Positions 1-7,050 of a DNA stretch of 24,000 bases are shown piece after piece. The stretch comes from Kordiimonas laminariae (GTDB lineage Bacteria > Pseudomonadota > Alphaproteobacteria > Sphingomonadales > Kordiimonadaceae). Numbering within the stretch: position 1 is the stretch's first letter; each line of letters begins with the position of its first letter. The stretch spans positions 396,796 to 420,795 of the forward strand of contig NZ_JAKQZA010000001.1 of the NCBI RefSeq assembly GCF_023008165.1. Reading direction: 5' to 3'. Below the pieces are notes generated by a model. The model was not told where the DNA came from, did no database searches, and worked only from the letters and a program-made list of their open reading frames with translations. Position numbers and translations under genes: made by a program.

Positions 1-460
1 GGAGAATTACATGTGAGCCAGCTGAATGGCCCATCAAGATATATGGCTTTTCCATCTTGTTGGTCAGCACCTTATCAAAAAAGGTTTTCAGATCTTCAAG
101 ATGAAGATCAAAGCTGCGGACAAAATGCTTTTCACGGTCTGGGTGCGGACGGTGAGACATACCTTGCCCCCGCAAATCCATTGCAGCACAGGCAAAACCC
201 AGCGCATTGAAGATATGAACATCCTCTATGAATTTTTCGATAAATTCAGTGCGGCCTGGAATAAAGATAACTGTACCTTTAATATCAAGCACATTACTGG
301 CAGGAAATCTGGCGAACCGGATTTGTTCCCCATCGGCGGACTTGAAATAGTCGAACACCGTATCTTTAGGTGGCTCTCTCCGGTTAGCCTTCGCAAAATC
401 CAACGTCTCTTGTGTTGGTAGCTTATCGTTACTCACACACGCCTCCGCCATAATTTGCAT
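1..460 (-). CDS. alpha/beta-fold hydrolase (lysophospholipase / monoacylglycerol-lipase-like), N-terminal part; C-terminus lies beyond the window
   Basis: Manual reverse translation from ATG at 460-458 gives MQIMAEACVSNDKLPTQETLDFAKANRREPPKDTVFDYFKSADGEQIRFARFPASNVLDIKGTVIFIPGRTEFIEKFIEDVHIFNALGFACAAMDLRGQGMSHRP...KPYILMGHSAGSHVIL. The frame is open to position 1. It shows an IPGRTE(F) oxyanion region, DxRGQG, and a GHSAG nucleophile elbow (GxSxG). It is absent from the ORF track because no stop falls in the window. An alternative in-frame ATG is at 451. Confidence 0.8.
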   Translation of the reverse strand, partial: MQIMAEACVSNDKLPTQETLDFAKANRREPPKDTVFDYFKSADGEQIRFARFPASNVLDIKGTVIFIPGRTEFIEKFIEDVHIFNALGFACAAMDLRGQGMSHRPHPDREKHFVRSFDLHLEDLKTFFDKVLTNKMEKPYILMGHSAGSHVIL

Positions 461-544
461 ATTATTCCCCTTACTAAATATGCAGTATGCCTAAATATTT
501 CAGCCACTTAGGCCTATATATACCTCAGCATGCACAGTCTTATG

Positions 545-560
545 GTTAATTTCCAGTAAA
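545..560. promoter_or_regulatory. near-consensus CtrA-type box (GTTAA-N7-TAAA, 8/9 of GTTAA-N7-TTAA) in the 458 bp non-coding region upstream of the tadG-like operon
   Basis: The sequence gttaatttccagtaaa was read directly. It is followed by further AATTTCC/AATTTCA copies at 560-566 and 590-596, with another at 869-875. The 11-mer GTTAATTTCCA recurs at 4935-4945 upstream of flp. Confidence 0.3.
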
Positions 561-918
561 ATTTCCGTAGGAAAACCATAGTTTTAGAAAATTTCAGTCT
601 CAATAATCGCGTTAGCTCCACCATTAATCCGACGTCGAATCATCCATCCAGAGAAAACAGCCCAACCTCCCGCTGAGTGGTTTCATATATTTTCCTCGTA
701 TTTTTCCTAATCACAAAATACGGATTTATCGCTCACCAAGCTGTCATGCGCCCTGCAACAACGCCCAATAAACTCTTTAAATATCAATATCATGCGCCAT
801 TTTTTAAAAAAATAACCAAGACAAAAAGTGGGTGCAGTTTAGTTAAAATTGTCTGCAAAGATTTACAGAATTTCCATTTGCATAGTTCACTTTAGGCGTA
901 AGTGATCAGGCAAATATC

Positions 919-2388
919 ATGATGAAAAAGAACCATACGCATAAACTCTCCACTTGCTTAGGCCGCAAGTTGATGAATTTCGCAAAGAACCTATGGCAGG
1001 ATGACAGAGGCAGTCTTATGCCCGCTGTTGCCACCAGTATTCTAGTGCTCACAAGCGCAGCTGGGCTAACCGTAGACGGCGCACGCATGTTCTATGTGAA
1101 AGATGTTTTACAGAAATCGCTTGATAGCGCTGGTCTGGCCGCAGGCCATGCTCTTGATATCAATGATATGGAATCCGACGCGCAGGAATTTTTCGATGCA
1201 AATATTGCTGCCATCGGTGACGTGGTCAAATCCAGCGAAATGGTTATCAACTTCAGCAATGATAACAAGCTTATTACACTAACAGCTACAGCATCAGTAG
1301 ATACATACTTCAGCCGTATCTTCGGTGTGAATGAAGTGACCGTTTCTGCCGATACCGAGATCACCCGCGAAACCCGCGGCATGGAACTTGTTATTGTAAT
1401 GGATAATACAGGCTCTATGCGCAATAACGGCAAGATTGATGCAGCGAAGGAAGCAGCTGAACTTCTGGTGGAAGCCGTGTACGGCGAAAATGATACCAAC
1501 AACAACCTTTGGGTTGGGGTCGTACCCTATGTAGCTCATGTGAATGTTGGTGACGGGCATGAAAGCTGGCTTTCAGAAGCTGGCCTGCAGAAAATTGATA
1601 ATGGCGAATACCGAACAACTGAATGGTCGGGCTGCCTGTTTGCGCGGGACGATGGTGAAGACCTTACAGATACTCCACCCAGCATAGAACCATTTGAGCC
1701 CTGGTTCTGGCCGGATGAACCTGCTTACAATTCATACTACAGGCCCAACAACTGGATTCATAACGGTGTCGTATCAATTTACGAAGCAAATAGCCGTTCA
1801 TTGGCCAAGGGTCCTAACCGCGGCTGCGGCCAAGAAATATTACCCCTCGTTGCCAGCAAAACCAAGGTGTTGGATGCAATTGAGGAAATGGAACCCTGGA
1901 GCTTTGGCGGGACCGCTACACCCACAGGTCTCGCTTGGGGTTGGCGTGTTATCAGCCCTCGCTGGCAAGGCCTGTGGGGCGGTGACACGCCAAGTAATCT
2001 GCCGCTTGCTCATGATGCAGCTTTCATGGACAAAGTGATCGTCATCCTCACCGATGGCAAAAATGAGTTTATCTCTCGTATCAGCCAGCTCGGTGGTTCT
2101 GATTACACTGCTTACGGCACTATTCAGGATATGGGCCACAGCTCCATCTATGATGCCCGTGATGATGTGGATGATCGTTTTGATGAAATTTGCACAAACA
2201 TCAAAGATGATGACATTTTGATTTACGGGATCACTTTTGGAAGCACCCCGGATTCTTCCACACGTTCCGCCTTTGAAGCGTGTGCAACGAACCCCGGTTT
2301 TTATTTCCATGCCCCCAACAATGACGAACTTCAGGATGTGTTTGATAAAATCGGCCGTCAGCTTTCCAACCTCCGACTGTCCAAATAA
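919..2388 (+). CDS. tadG: TadG-like pilus-associated protein with a C-terminal von Willebrand factor A (vWA) domain
   Basis: 489 aa. The N-terminus (NLWQDDRGSLMPAVATSILVLTSAAGLTVDGARMF) matches the TadE/G-like hydrophobic segment. LVIVMDNTGSM (D-x-T-G-S, nt 1402-1416) is a MIDAS-type vWA motif, and VIVILTDGKNE is the downstream vWA beta strand. It sits directly upstream of two TadE-like genes. The start could instead be the Met at 973. Confidence 0.85.
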   Translation: MMKKNHTHKLSTCLGRKLMNFAKNLWQDDRGSLMPAVATSILVLTSAAGLTVDGARMFYVKDVLQKSLDSAGLAAGHALDINDMESDAQEFFDANIAAIGDVVKSSEMVINFSNDNKLITLTATASVDTYFSRIFGVNEVTVSADTEITRETRGMELVIVMDNTGSMRNNGKIDAAKEAAELLVEAVYGENDTNNNLWVGVVPYVAHVNVGDGHESWLSEAGLQKIDNGEYRTTEWSGCLFARDDGEDLTDTPPSIEPFEPWFWPDEPAYNSYYRPNNWIHNGVVSIYEANSRSLAKGPNRGCGQEILPLVASKTKVLDAIEEMEPWSFGGTATPTGLAWGWRVISPRWQGLWGGDTPSNLPLAHDAAFMDKVIVILTDGKNEFISRISQLGGSDYTAYGTIQDMGHSSIYDARDDVDDRFDEICTNIKDDDILIYGITFGSTPDSSTRSAFEACATNPGFYFHAPNNDELQDVFDKIGRQLSNLRLSK

Positions 2389-2390
2389 AG

Positions 2391-2969
2391 GTGACTATGT
2401 CGTTCTTGTCTCACATATGGTCCTTTAAAAAACGTCTTCGGCATGATGAAGAAGGCGCCATTGTTGTGGAAACTGCAATCGGCCTTCCTGTATTGTTAAC
2501 CACCATAATTGGCGTGTTGGAAATCGCCCATTACTTCTTCGTAGCGGCAGCGATTGAAAATGCCGTTCTGCAAGCATCTCGCTTTGGTATTACCGGCTCT
2601 AATGAAGAAGGCACAACCCGCGAACAACAAGTGCGCGATATCATCCGCGAGCAAACGTTTGGTCAGGTAAACATGGATACAGTGAATATCGAAACACTGG
2701 TCTATGAAAACTTTGCAGATATCGGCGAACCTGAACCTTTTATCGATGACAATGCCAGCGGCAGTTATGACGAAGGTGAAGATTACACAGATGTAAACGG
2801 CAATGGTCAGTGGGATGCCGATATGGCTATATCTGGCCTTGGTGGTGGTGGGGATATTGTTCTTTACCGCGTTAATTATGATATCAGCAGTCTTACAGGC
2901 TTCGCGGATTGGGCTTACCGAAACGTTTCCGTTTCAGCAACAGTGGCGGTACGCAATGAGCCATATTAG
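2391..2969 (+). CDS. tadE: TadE-like pseudopilin / minor pilin
   Basis: 192 aa. HDEEGAIVVETAIGLPVLLTTIIGVLEIAHYFF is the typical TadE/TadF prepilin-like N-terminus (G/A-x4-E plus a hydrophobic helix). The track start at 2391 is GTG; ATG at 2397 is an alternative. It begins 2 nt after the tadG stop. Confidence 0.85.
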   Translation: MTMSFLSHIWSFKKRLRHDEEGAIVVETAIGLPVLLTTIIGVLEIAHYFFVAAAIENAVLQASRFGITGSNEEGTTREQQVRDIIREQTFGQVNMDTVNIETLVYENFADIGEPEPFIDDNASGSYDEGEDYTDVNGNGQWDADMAISGLGGGGDIVLYRVNYDISSLTGFADWAYRNVSVSATVAVRNEPY

Positions 2970-3516
2970 AAAATTCCTGAAACGCTTAAAAAGCAATGAA
3001 GAAGGAAGTGTACTAACGGAAATCGCACTTTCTATTCCACTTTATCTTACCCTTTTCATTGGTATCGTCGAAGCTGGTCATTACCTGCTGTTGAACCTGA
3101 AAGCCCAACATACAGTTGTTGCGATTGCTGATCTGGTAACGCGGGATGAAGAAATTTCTGAAGCAACCATGCAGGATATTTTCTCTGCTGTTCCCCAAAT
3201 TATTGCCCCTTACAACGACCCTGCTGATGTGGTGGCAATTGTAAGCTCCGTAAGCCAAACAAGTGCTATTCCTGCAAGTGTTTTCTGGCAACGTATTGGT
3301 GGGGGCAGATTAGTTAAAACCAGCCGCTTTGGCGAAGAAGGAGATCCTGCAAGTTTACCTTCTGAATTCACGATGCGAGATAATGAAACTATTATCGCGA
3401 CAGAAATTTTCTATTCCTACGAGCCTATCATGTTTAATTTTTTGCCATCTCGCACAATCCGGAAAGTATCTTATTTCCGGCCGCGCCTTGGAGCTTTGCA
3501 GGAAATCACCAGCTAA
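2956..3516 (+). CDS. tadF: second TadE/TadF-like pseudopilin
   Basis: The track ORF 2803-3516 is trimmed to ATG 2956 (MSHIRKFLKRLKSNEEGSVLTEIALSIPLYLTLFIGIVEAGHYLL), where the TadE-type N-terminus starts. This start overlaps the tadE stop by 14 nt, which suggests translational coupling. Confidence 0.8.
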   Translation: MSHIRKFLKRLKSNEEGSVLTEIALSIPLYLTLFIGIVEAGHYLLLNLKAQHTVVAIADLVTRDEEISEATMQDIFSAVPQIIAPYNDPADVVAIVSSVSQTSAIPASVFWQRIGGGRLVKTSRFGEEGDPASLPSEFTMRDNETIIATEIFYSYEPIMFNFLPSRTIRKVSYFRPRLGALQEITS

Positions 3517-3533
3517 AGGAGCTTTCTCTGTAA

Positions 3534-3571
3534 ATTGTCAATATTGACAATAAATAATTCATTCCCATATT
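3534..3571 (+). promoter_or_regulatory. sigma70-like promoter (TTGACA-16 nt-CATATT) embedded in an 18 bp perfect palindrome (ATTGTCAATATTGACAAT, 3534-3551), a putative operator
   Basis: The palindrome was verified base by base. TTGACA at 3544-3549 forms its right arm, and CATATT lies at 3566-3571. The element sits about 40-75 nt upstream of the Rieske oxygenase ATG (3612). Confidence 0.5.
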
Positions 3572-3611
3572 CTGTCTATACCCAAATCAGACAAACACCA
3601 GGAATGACAAC

Positions 3612-4769
3612 ATGCCCAACCTCCCTCAAGCCTATGCAGCCTCGGCTTCCCATTCCCTTTCCGAGGCTGCATCTCTGCCTTTTGAGGTTTATCACGACAA
3701 GAAAATCTACGATCTGGAGATGGATCATATATTCAGGGGTGACTGGGTTTTCGTATGTGCTGAACAGCTTCTCCCCAATCCTGGTGATTATTTCGCACTC
3801 ACTGTTGCGGACGAAGCAATTGCAATAATCCACGGTACCGACGGTGAAATCCGTGCGCTTTCCAATATTTGCCGTCACCGTGGCACGCCACTTCTTGATG
3901 AAGGATACGGCACGATTGAAAAGCACATTACCTGCCCCTATCACGCCTGGGTTTATGACCAGACAGGCAAATTCAAAGGGGCACCTTTTACGCGGAACCA
4001 TAAACCCGAAAAATCAGAACACTGTTTGCCCGCCTTTCACCTTGAAAGCTGGCATGGGCTTTTGTTCATCAACTTAGCTGAAAACCCATCCCCTTTTGCT
4101 GCTCGAGTGGAAGGTATCAATGATTATCTTCACTTATTTGAACCCCATAGTTTTATCCACGGCGTTAAATCTGGTGATGAAGAATGGCAGGCGAACTGGA
4201 AGCTGGCCGTGGAAAACGCCATAGAAAGCTATCACCTTTTCAAGGTTCATGAAGAAACACTGGAAACCATAACACCCAGCAAAACTTCATATTATGTGGC
4301 GGGTAGTTCCGAGTGGACTTTAACCGGTGGTAAAATGGCAGACACAAGAAGCACCCTTGAAAAGTGGCTCACCGGTAAAGTACCTGAGGCATACAGCCAT
4401 TATCTCCTGATATTTTTGCCGCCCAATTTTATTGGTATTCTAACTTACGGCAGCTTGCAGTGGATTGCCGTTTTACCCAAGGCAGCGGAAAAGTGCCAGA
4501 TCATGTCCGGAGGAATTAGTAACGAACCTGGGAACGATGATAAAATATCAGCCGATTTCACAGCTGCTTTTCTGGAAGAAGACAAATGGATTTGTGAACG
4601 CGTACAGCAAGGCATGCATTCCAAGAGAACCACAGGCGGAAAACTGGTTGATATGGAACAAAGCCTGATCGATTTTCGGCAATATCTGGGTTCTCGGCTC
4701 TTTGGTGCTAAGCCAATAGCCTTCGCTTCAACAGCCGAAGCCGACCTATTTCTAAACCCAGAACGATAA
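3612..4769 (+). CDS. Rieske [2Fe-2S] non-heme-iron oxygenase, alpha (catalytic) subunit type
   Basis: 385 aa. The Rieske motif CRHRG...(17 aa)...CPYHAW (C-x-H-x18-C-x2-H, nt 3870-3944) is present. The mononuclear iron motif E-x2-H-x4-H is seen in ENAIESYHLFKVHEE. No reductase or ferredoxin partner gene is adjacent. Confidence 0.85.
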   Translation: MPNLPQAYAASASHSLSEAASLPFEVYHDKKIYDLEMDHIFRGDWVFVCAEQLLPNPGDYFALTVADEAIAIIHGTDGEIRALSNICRHRGTPLLDEGYGTIEKHITCPYHAWVYDQTGKFKGAPFTRNHKPEKSEHCLPAFHLESWHGLLFINLAENPSPFAARVEGINDYLHLFEPHSFIHGVKSGDEEWQANWKLAVENAIESYHLFKVHEETLETITPSKTSYYVAGSSEWTLTGGKMADTRSTLEKWLTGKVPEAYSHYLLIFLPPNFIGILTYGSLQWIAVLPKAAEKCQIMSGGISNEPGNDDKISADFTAAFLEEDKWICERVQQGMHSKRTTGGKLVDMEQSLIDFRQYLGSRLFGAKPIAFASTAEADLFLNPER

Positions 4770-5011
4770 CTTACATAAAGTCCCTATATATTCCTTGGGA
4801 AACCGATTCTTTTCGAACCGAATCTTCTCCTTTATTCAGCCCCGAAAGCGGCTAAAACCGATTCCTTTTGCCGCTAAACCTGAAGTTTTGTGGCTAAGAT
4901 TCTTTAATATTTACACCAAATCATCCCGCCACCCGTTAATTTCCAACAGTCACAGCAACAAAAAAATCAGTTTTTTACTTTTTTCTTCTCCTCTCAGCAG
5001 CTCCCAATTCA

Positions 5012-5031
5012 GTGATTAAAATTTTAATCAC
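5012..5031. promoter_or_regulatory. 20 bp perfect palindrome GTGATTAAAATTTTAATCAC (putative operator) in the flp leader
   Basis: Verified as its own reverse complement. An additional ATCACG half-site copy follows 8 nt downstream (aatcacggcgaattatcacg). It lies about 180 bp upstream of the flp ATG. Confidence 0.45.
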
Positions 5032-5094
5032 GGCGAATTATCACGCATTTTCAACAGCTTTAAAATTTAGATAAAATTTGAAGATAATTAGATA

Positions 5095-5109
5095 TTAAAT
5101 TTCATTTAA
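5095..5109. promoter_or_regulatory. CtrA-type box TTAA-N7-TTAA upstream of flp
   Basis: ttaa atttcat ttaa was read directly, about 100 bp upstream of the flp ATG. The surrounding DNA is very AT-rich, so a chance occurrence is plausible. Confidence 0.3.
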
Positions 5110-5210
5110 GTTATTGTTTTTAAATATCTTTTTAGGATTGACGTTAACTTTTTATTTAAGACTCAAGCCGTATAAAAAACTCATCCGAACTTGGCAGCTG
5201 GAGAATTAAA

Positions 5211-5432
5211 ATGACTAAGTTTCTTTCTAAACTACGCCGTAATGAAGAAGGCGCTACTGCAATTGAATATGGTCTTATCGCAGCACTTGTTGCTATTGGC
5301 CTCATCACAGCACTTGGCGCGCTAGGCGGTTCACTACAGACAATCTTTGGTGAAGCTTCAACAACACTTGATGGAAATGTTGATGCAACAGATACAGGTG
5401 CTTCTGGCTCTGGTTCTGGCACAGGTAGCTAA
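5211..5432 (+). CDS. flp: Flp family type IVb/c pilin (major Tad pilin)
   Basis: 73 aa: MTKFLSKLRRNEEG/ATAIEYGLIAALVAIGLITALGALG. This is the canonical Flp motif (G / x4 EY + hydrophobic helix) for TadV/CpaA cleavage. The RBS ggaga lies 8 nt upstream. The C-terminal tail is rich in Gly, Ser, Thr and Asp. Confidence 0.92.
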   Translation: MTKFLSKLRRNEEGATAIEYGLIAALVAIGLITALGALGGSLQTIFGEASTTLDGNVDATDTGASGSGSGTGS

Positions 5433-5469
5433 TAGATCTCGCATCTAAACATATCAATTAACCTATCAA

Positions 5470-5510
5470 AAGCCGCCGGGGGATGGCAGTTTTCCGGCGG
5501 CTTTATTTTT
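5470..5510 (+). terminator. rho-independent terminator/attenuator immediately after flp
   Basis: A 10 bp stem (aagccgccgg / ccggcggctt) with a 14 nt loop is followed by tattttt. This is the classic pilin-versus-machinery stoichiometry arrangement. Confidence 0.7.
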
Positions 5511-5556
5511 GGGAAATTTGTAAAATAGTACCCAGATAACAGGCAAAAACAGAACC

Positions 5557-6048
5557 ATGCAGATCATCTCAGGCATAGATATTTTTATCGCGGTAGCTTT
5601 TTCAGGCTTGCTTATCGCGGCAGCAGTATCTGATTTGCAGTCTAGGCGAATACCGAACGCTTTATCGGTTGCCATTTGTGGTTTGTTTAGTGTTTTTGCC
5701 TTTGCTGAAGTGATATCAGGTGCCGCATTTTTAGGGGCTATTGTTTGGCCTCTCTTAAGTGCTTTCGTTGTGTTCCTCATTGGTGCTGGCCTTTTTGCGC
5801 TCAGGCTTATGGGGGGAGGCGATGTGAAACTGATGGCAGCTACCGCACTCTTTGCGGGCCCTGCTCTAAGCCTTCATTTCGTGCTCTATGTAACTTTATT
5901 GGGCGGCTTTGTAGCCACAGGAACTTTGGTTCATGCCCAACTCAGTAAAGAAACAACACTTGATCAAGCTAAAGTACCTTACGGCGTTGCAATCGCCGCT
6001 GGTGGTCTCTGGGTTTGTTTTCAATGCTTTTCCTCTTTGGTGACATAA
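5557..6048 (+). CDS. cpaA: prepilin peptidase CpaA/TadV (A24 family aspartyl protease)
   Basis: 163 aa polytopic membrane protein. The first Asp lies in AAAVSDLQSRRIPN and the second in GGGDVKLMAA, as in the CpaA/TadV family. Confidence 0.9.
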   Translation: MQIISGIDIFIAVAFSGLLIAAAVSDLQSRRIPNALSVAICGLFSVFAFAEVISGAAFLGAIVWPLLSAFVVFLIGAGLFALRLMGGGDVKLMAATALFAGPALSLHFVLYVTLLGGFVATGTLVHAQLSKETTLDQAKVPYGVAIAAGGLWVCFQCFSSLVT

Positions 6049-6144
6049 AGCCAAAGGATTGCATGCTTTTCTGATGGCATAAGGCCCGGAAGAGTTGGGG
6101 AAATTCGGTAGAAGTACAGTTTTCTGTACCACCGGGAGGCAAAC

Positions 6145-7050
6145 ATGAGCATCAAAAAACTACTCCTCATTCTTGTTGCATTTGCAGGCATGGTACTGGT
6201 CTGGTTTATGACCCGCTCATACCTTTCAAATGCTCAGCAACAAGCACAACAAGCACAGGTTTTGACAGCGAAAACACCCGCAGCTCAAATTCTTGTAGCG
6301 AAAACAGATCTCCATGTAGGTTCAACGATTACTGCAGAAAGCCTCGTTTGGCAGGCTTGGCCCAAAAGCGGTGTGAACAAAGCCTACTACAGCAAACCAA
6401 ATGCAAAGATAAAAGATCTGGTTGGCACCATCGTACGCACACCTATGAATGAAGGTGATCCAATCACCAAATCAGCACTGGTTAAAAAAGGTGCAAGTGG
6501 TGTTCTTGCTGCGACATTAACCCCAGGGATGCGTGCTTTCACAGTACCTGTTACAGCAACATCAGGCGTGGCTGGTTTCATCGTTCCGGGCGACCGTGTT
6601 GATGTGATCCTTACTCACGAAGTGGAAGTGACCCGCCGTGAGAAATATCAAGTTGCAGAAACCATTTTCCAAAATGTACGTGTGCTCGCAACAGATCAGA
6701 AAAACCAACAGAACGACAAGGTGAAAGTAGCTAAAACTGCAACTTTGGAAGTTACCCAAAGCATGGCTGAAAAGCTGGCGATTGTCGCAAATGTTGGAAA
6801 GCTTTCACTTGCTCTCAGATCACTGGAGCGCGGTAATGATGGCCCTCTGGCAGATCCAAACACACCACCAATCATGGTGACAACAAGCCAAAGCCACGGC
6901 AACGACGTTAGTAAATACCTACCTCGTATCAACGGTAAAAAGAACTCCATCCGCGTGGCAAGAGGCAGCGTTGCAACAGTTGTTGTCCCTTCAAATGGTA
7001 CTGGTGATACGCAGCCAGACAATCTTCCATCTGATGGAGATGACAAATGA
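6145..7050 (+). CDS. cpaB: Flp pilus assembly protein CpaB/RcpC
   Basis: 301 aa with an N-terminal TM anchor. The SAF-like region reads ILVAKTDLHVGSTITAESLVWQAWP. Its position is between cpaA and the secretin, and its stop overlaps the cpaC start (ATGA). Confidence 0.88.
   Translation: MSIKKLLLILVAFAGMVLVWFMTRSYLSNAQQQAQQAQVLTAKTPAAQILVAKTDLHVGSTITAESLVWQAWPKSGVNKAYYSKPNAKIKDLVGTIVRTPMNEGDPITKSALVKKGASGVLAATLTPGMRAFTVPVTATSGVAGFIVPGDRVDVILTHEVEVTRREKYQVAETIFQNVRVLATDQKNQQNDKVKVAKTATLEVTQSMAEKLAIVANVGKLSLALRSLERGNDGPLADPNTPPIMVTTSQSHGNDVSKYLPRINGKKNSIRVARGSVATVVVPSNGTGDTQPDNLPSDGDDK

Noticed and set aside
26-421. 131-aa plus-strand ORF at the left edge (and the 13-210 ORF)
   Set aside because: The sequence has no recognisable motifs and is antisense to a much better minus-strand frame. 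That frame is open across 1-460 and encodes an alpha/beta hydrolase with a GHSAG nucleophile elbow.
677-895. 72-aa ORF in the region upstream of tadG
   Set aside because: It lies in an AT-rich intergenic region, has no RBS, and its composition is low-complexity and Phe/Lys-rich as expected from AT-rich non-coding DNA. It is treated as promoter region.
460-918. Possible c-di-GMP riboswitch or tRNA in the long non-coding regions upstream of tadG, upstream of flp and downstream of tadC
   Set aside because: I could not find the conserved GEMM-type cores, T-loop (GTTCRANYC) or cloverleaf pairing by eye. This was not a covariance-model search, so absence is provisional.
1840-2310. 156-aa minus-strand ORF (plus other long antisense ORFs at 1092-1505, 11215-11709, 12290-12757, 13581-14123, 19143-19730 and 20997-21470)
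   Set aside because: All of these lie fully inside strongly supported genes on the other strand and show no motifs. They are typical shadow ORFs.
2803-2955. N-terminal extension of the second TadE-like ORF given by the track
   Set aside because: The extension overlaps the tadE coding frame for 150+ nt. The TadE-type leader and hydrophobic segment begin at the internal Met (2956).
3576-4001. 141-aa minus-strand ORF and 97-aa plus-strand ORF (3535-3828) around the oxygenase start
   Set aside because: They overlap the Rieske oxygenase frame, which carries both cofactor motifs, and they have no independent support.
4795-5019. 74-aa ORF in the flp leader
   Set aside because: It has no RBS, its composition is odd (runs of S, F, L, K), and it overlaps the repeats and palindrome. 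It is more likely regulatory DNA.
5192-5206. sigma54-like TGGCAG just upstream of flp
   Set aside because: The -12 element is missing (GAAT instead of TTGC after 5 nt). The sequence also overlaps the RBS only 5-19 nt from the ATG, which is too close for a promoter.
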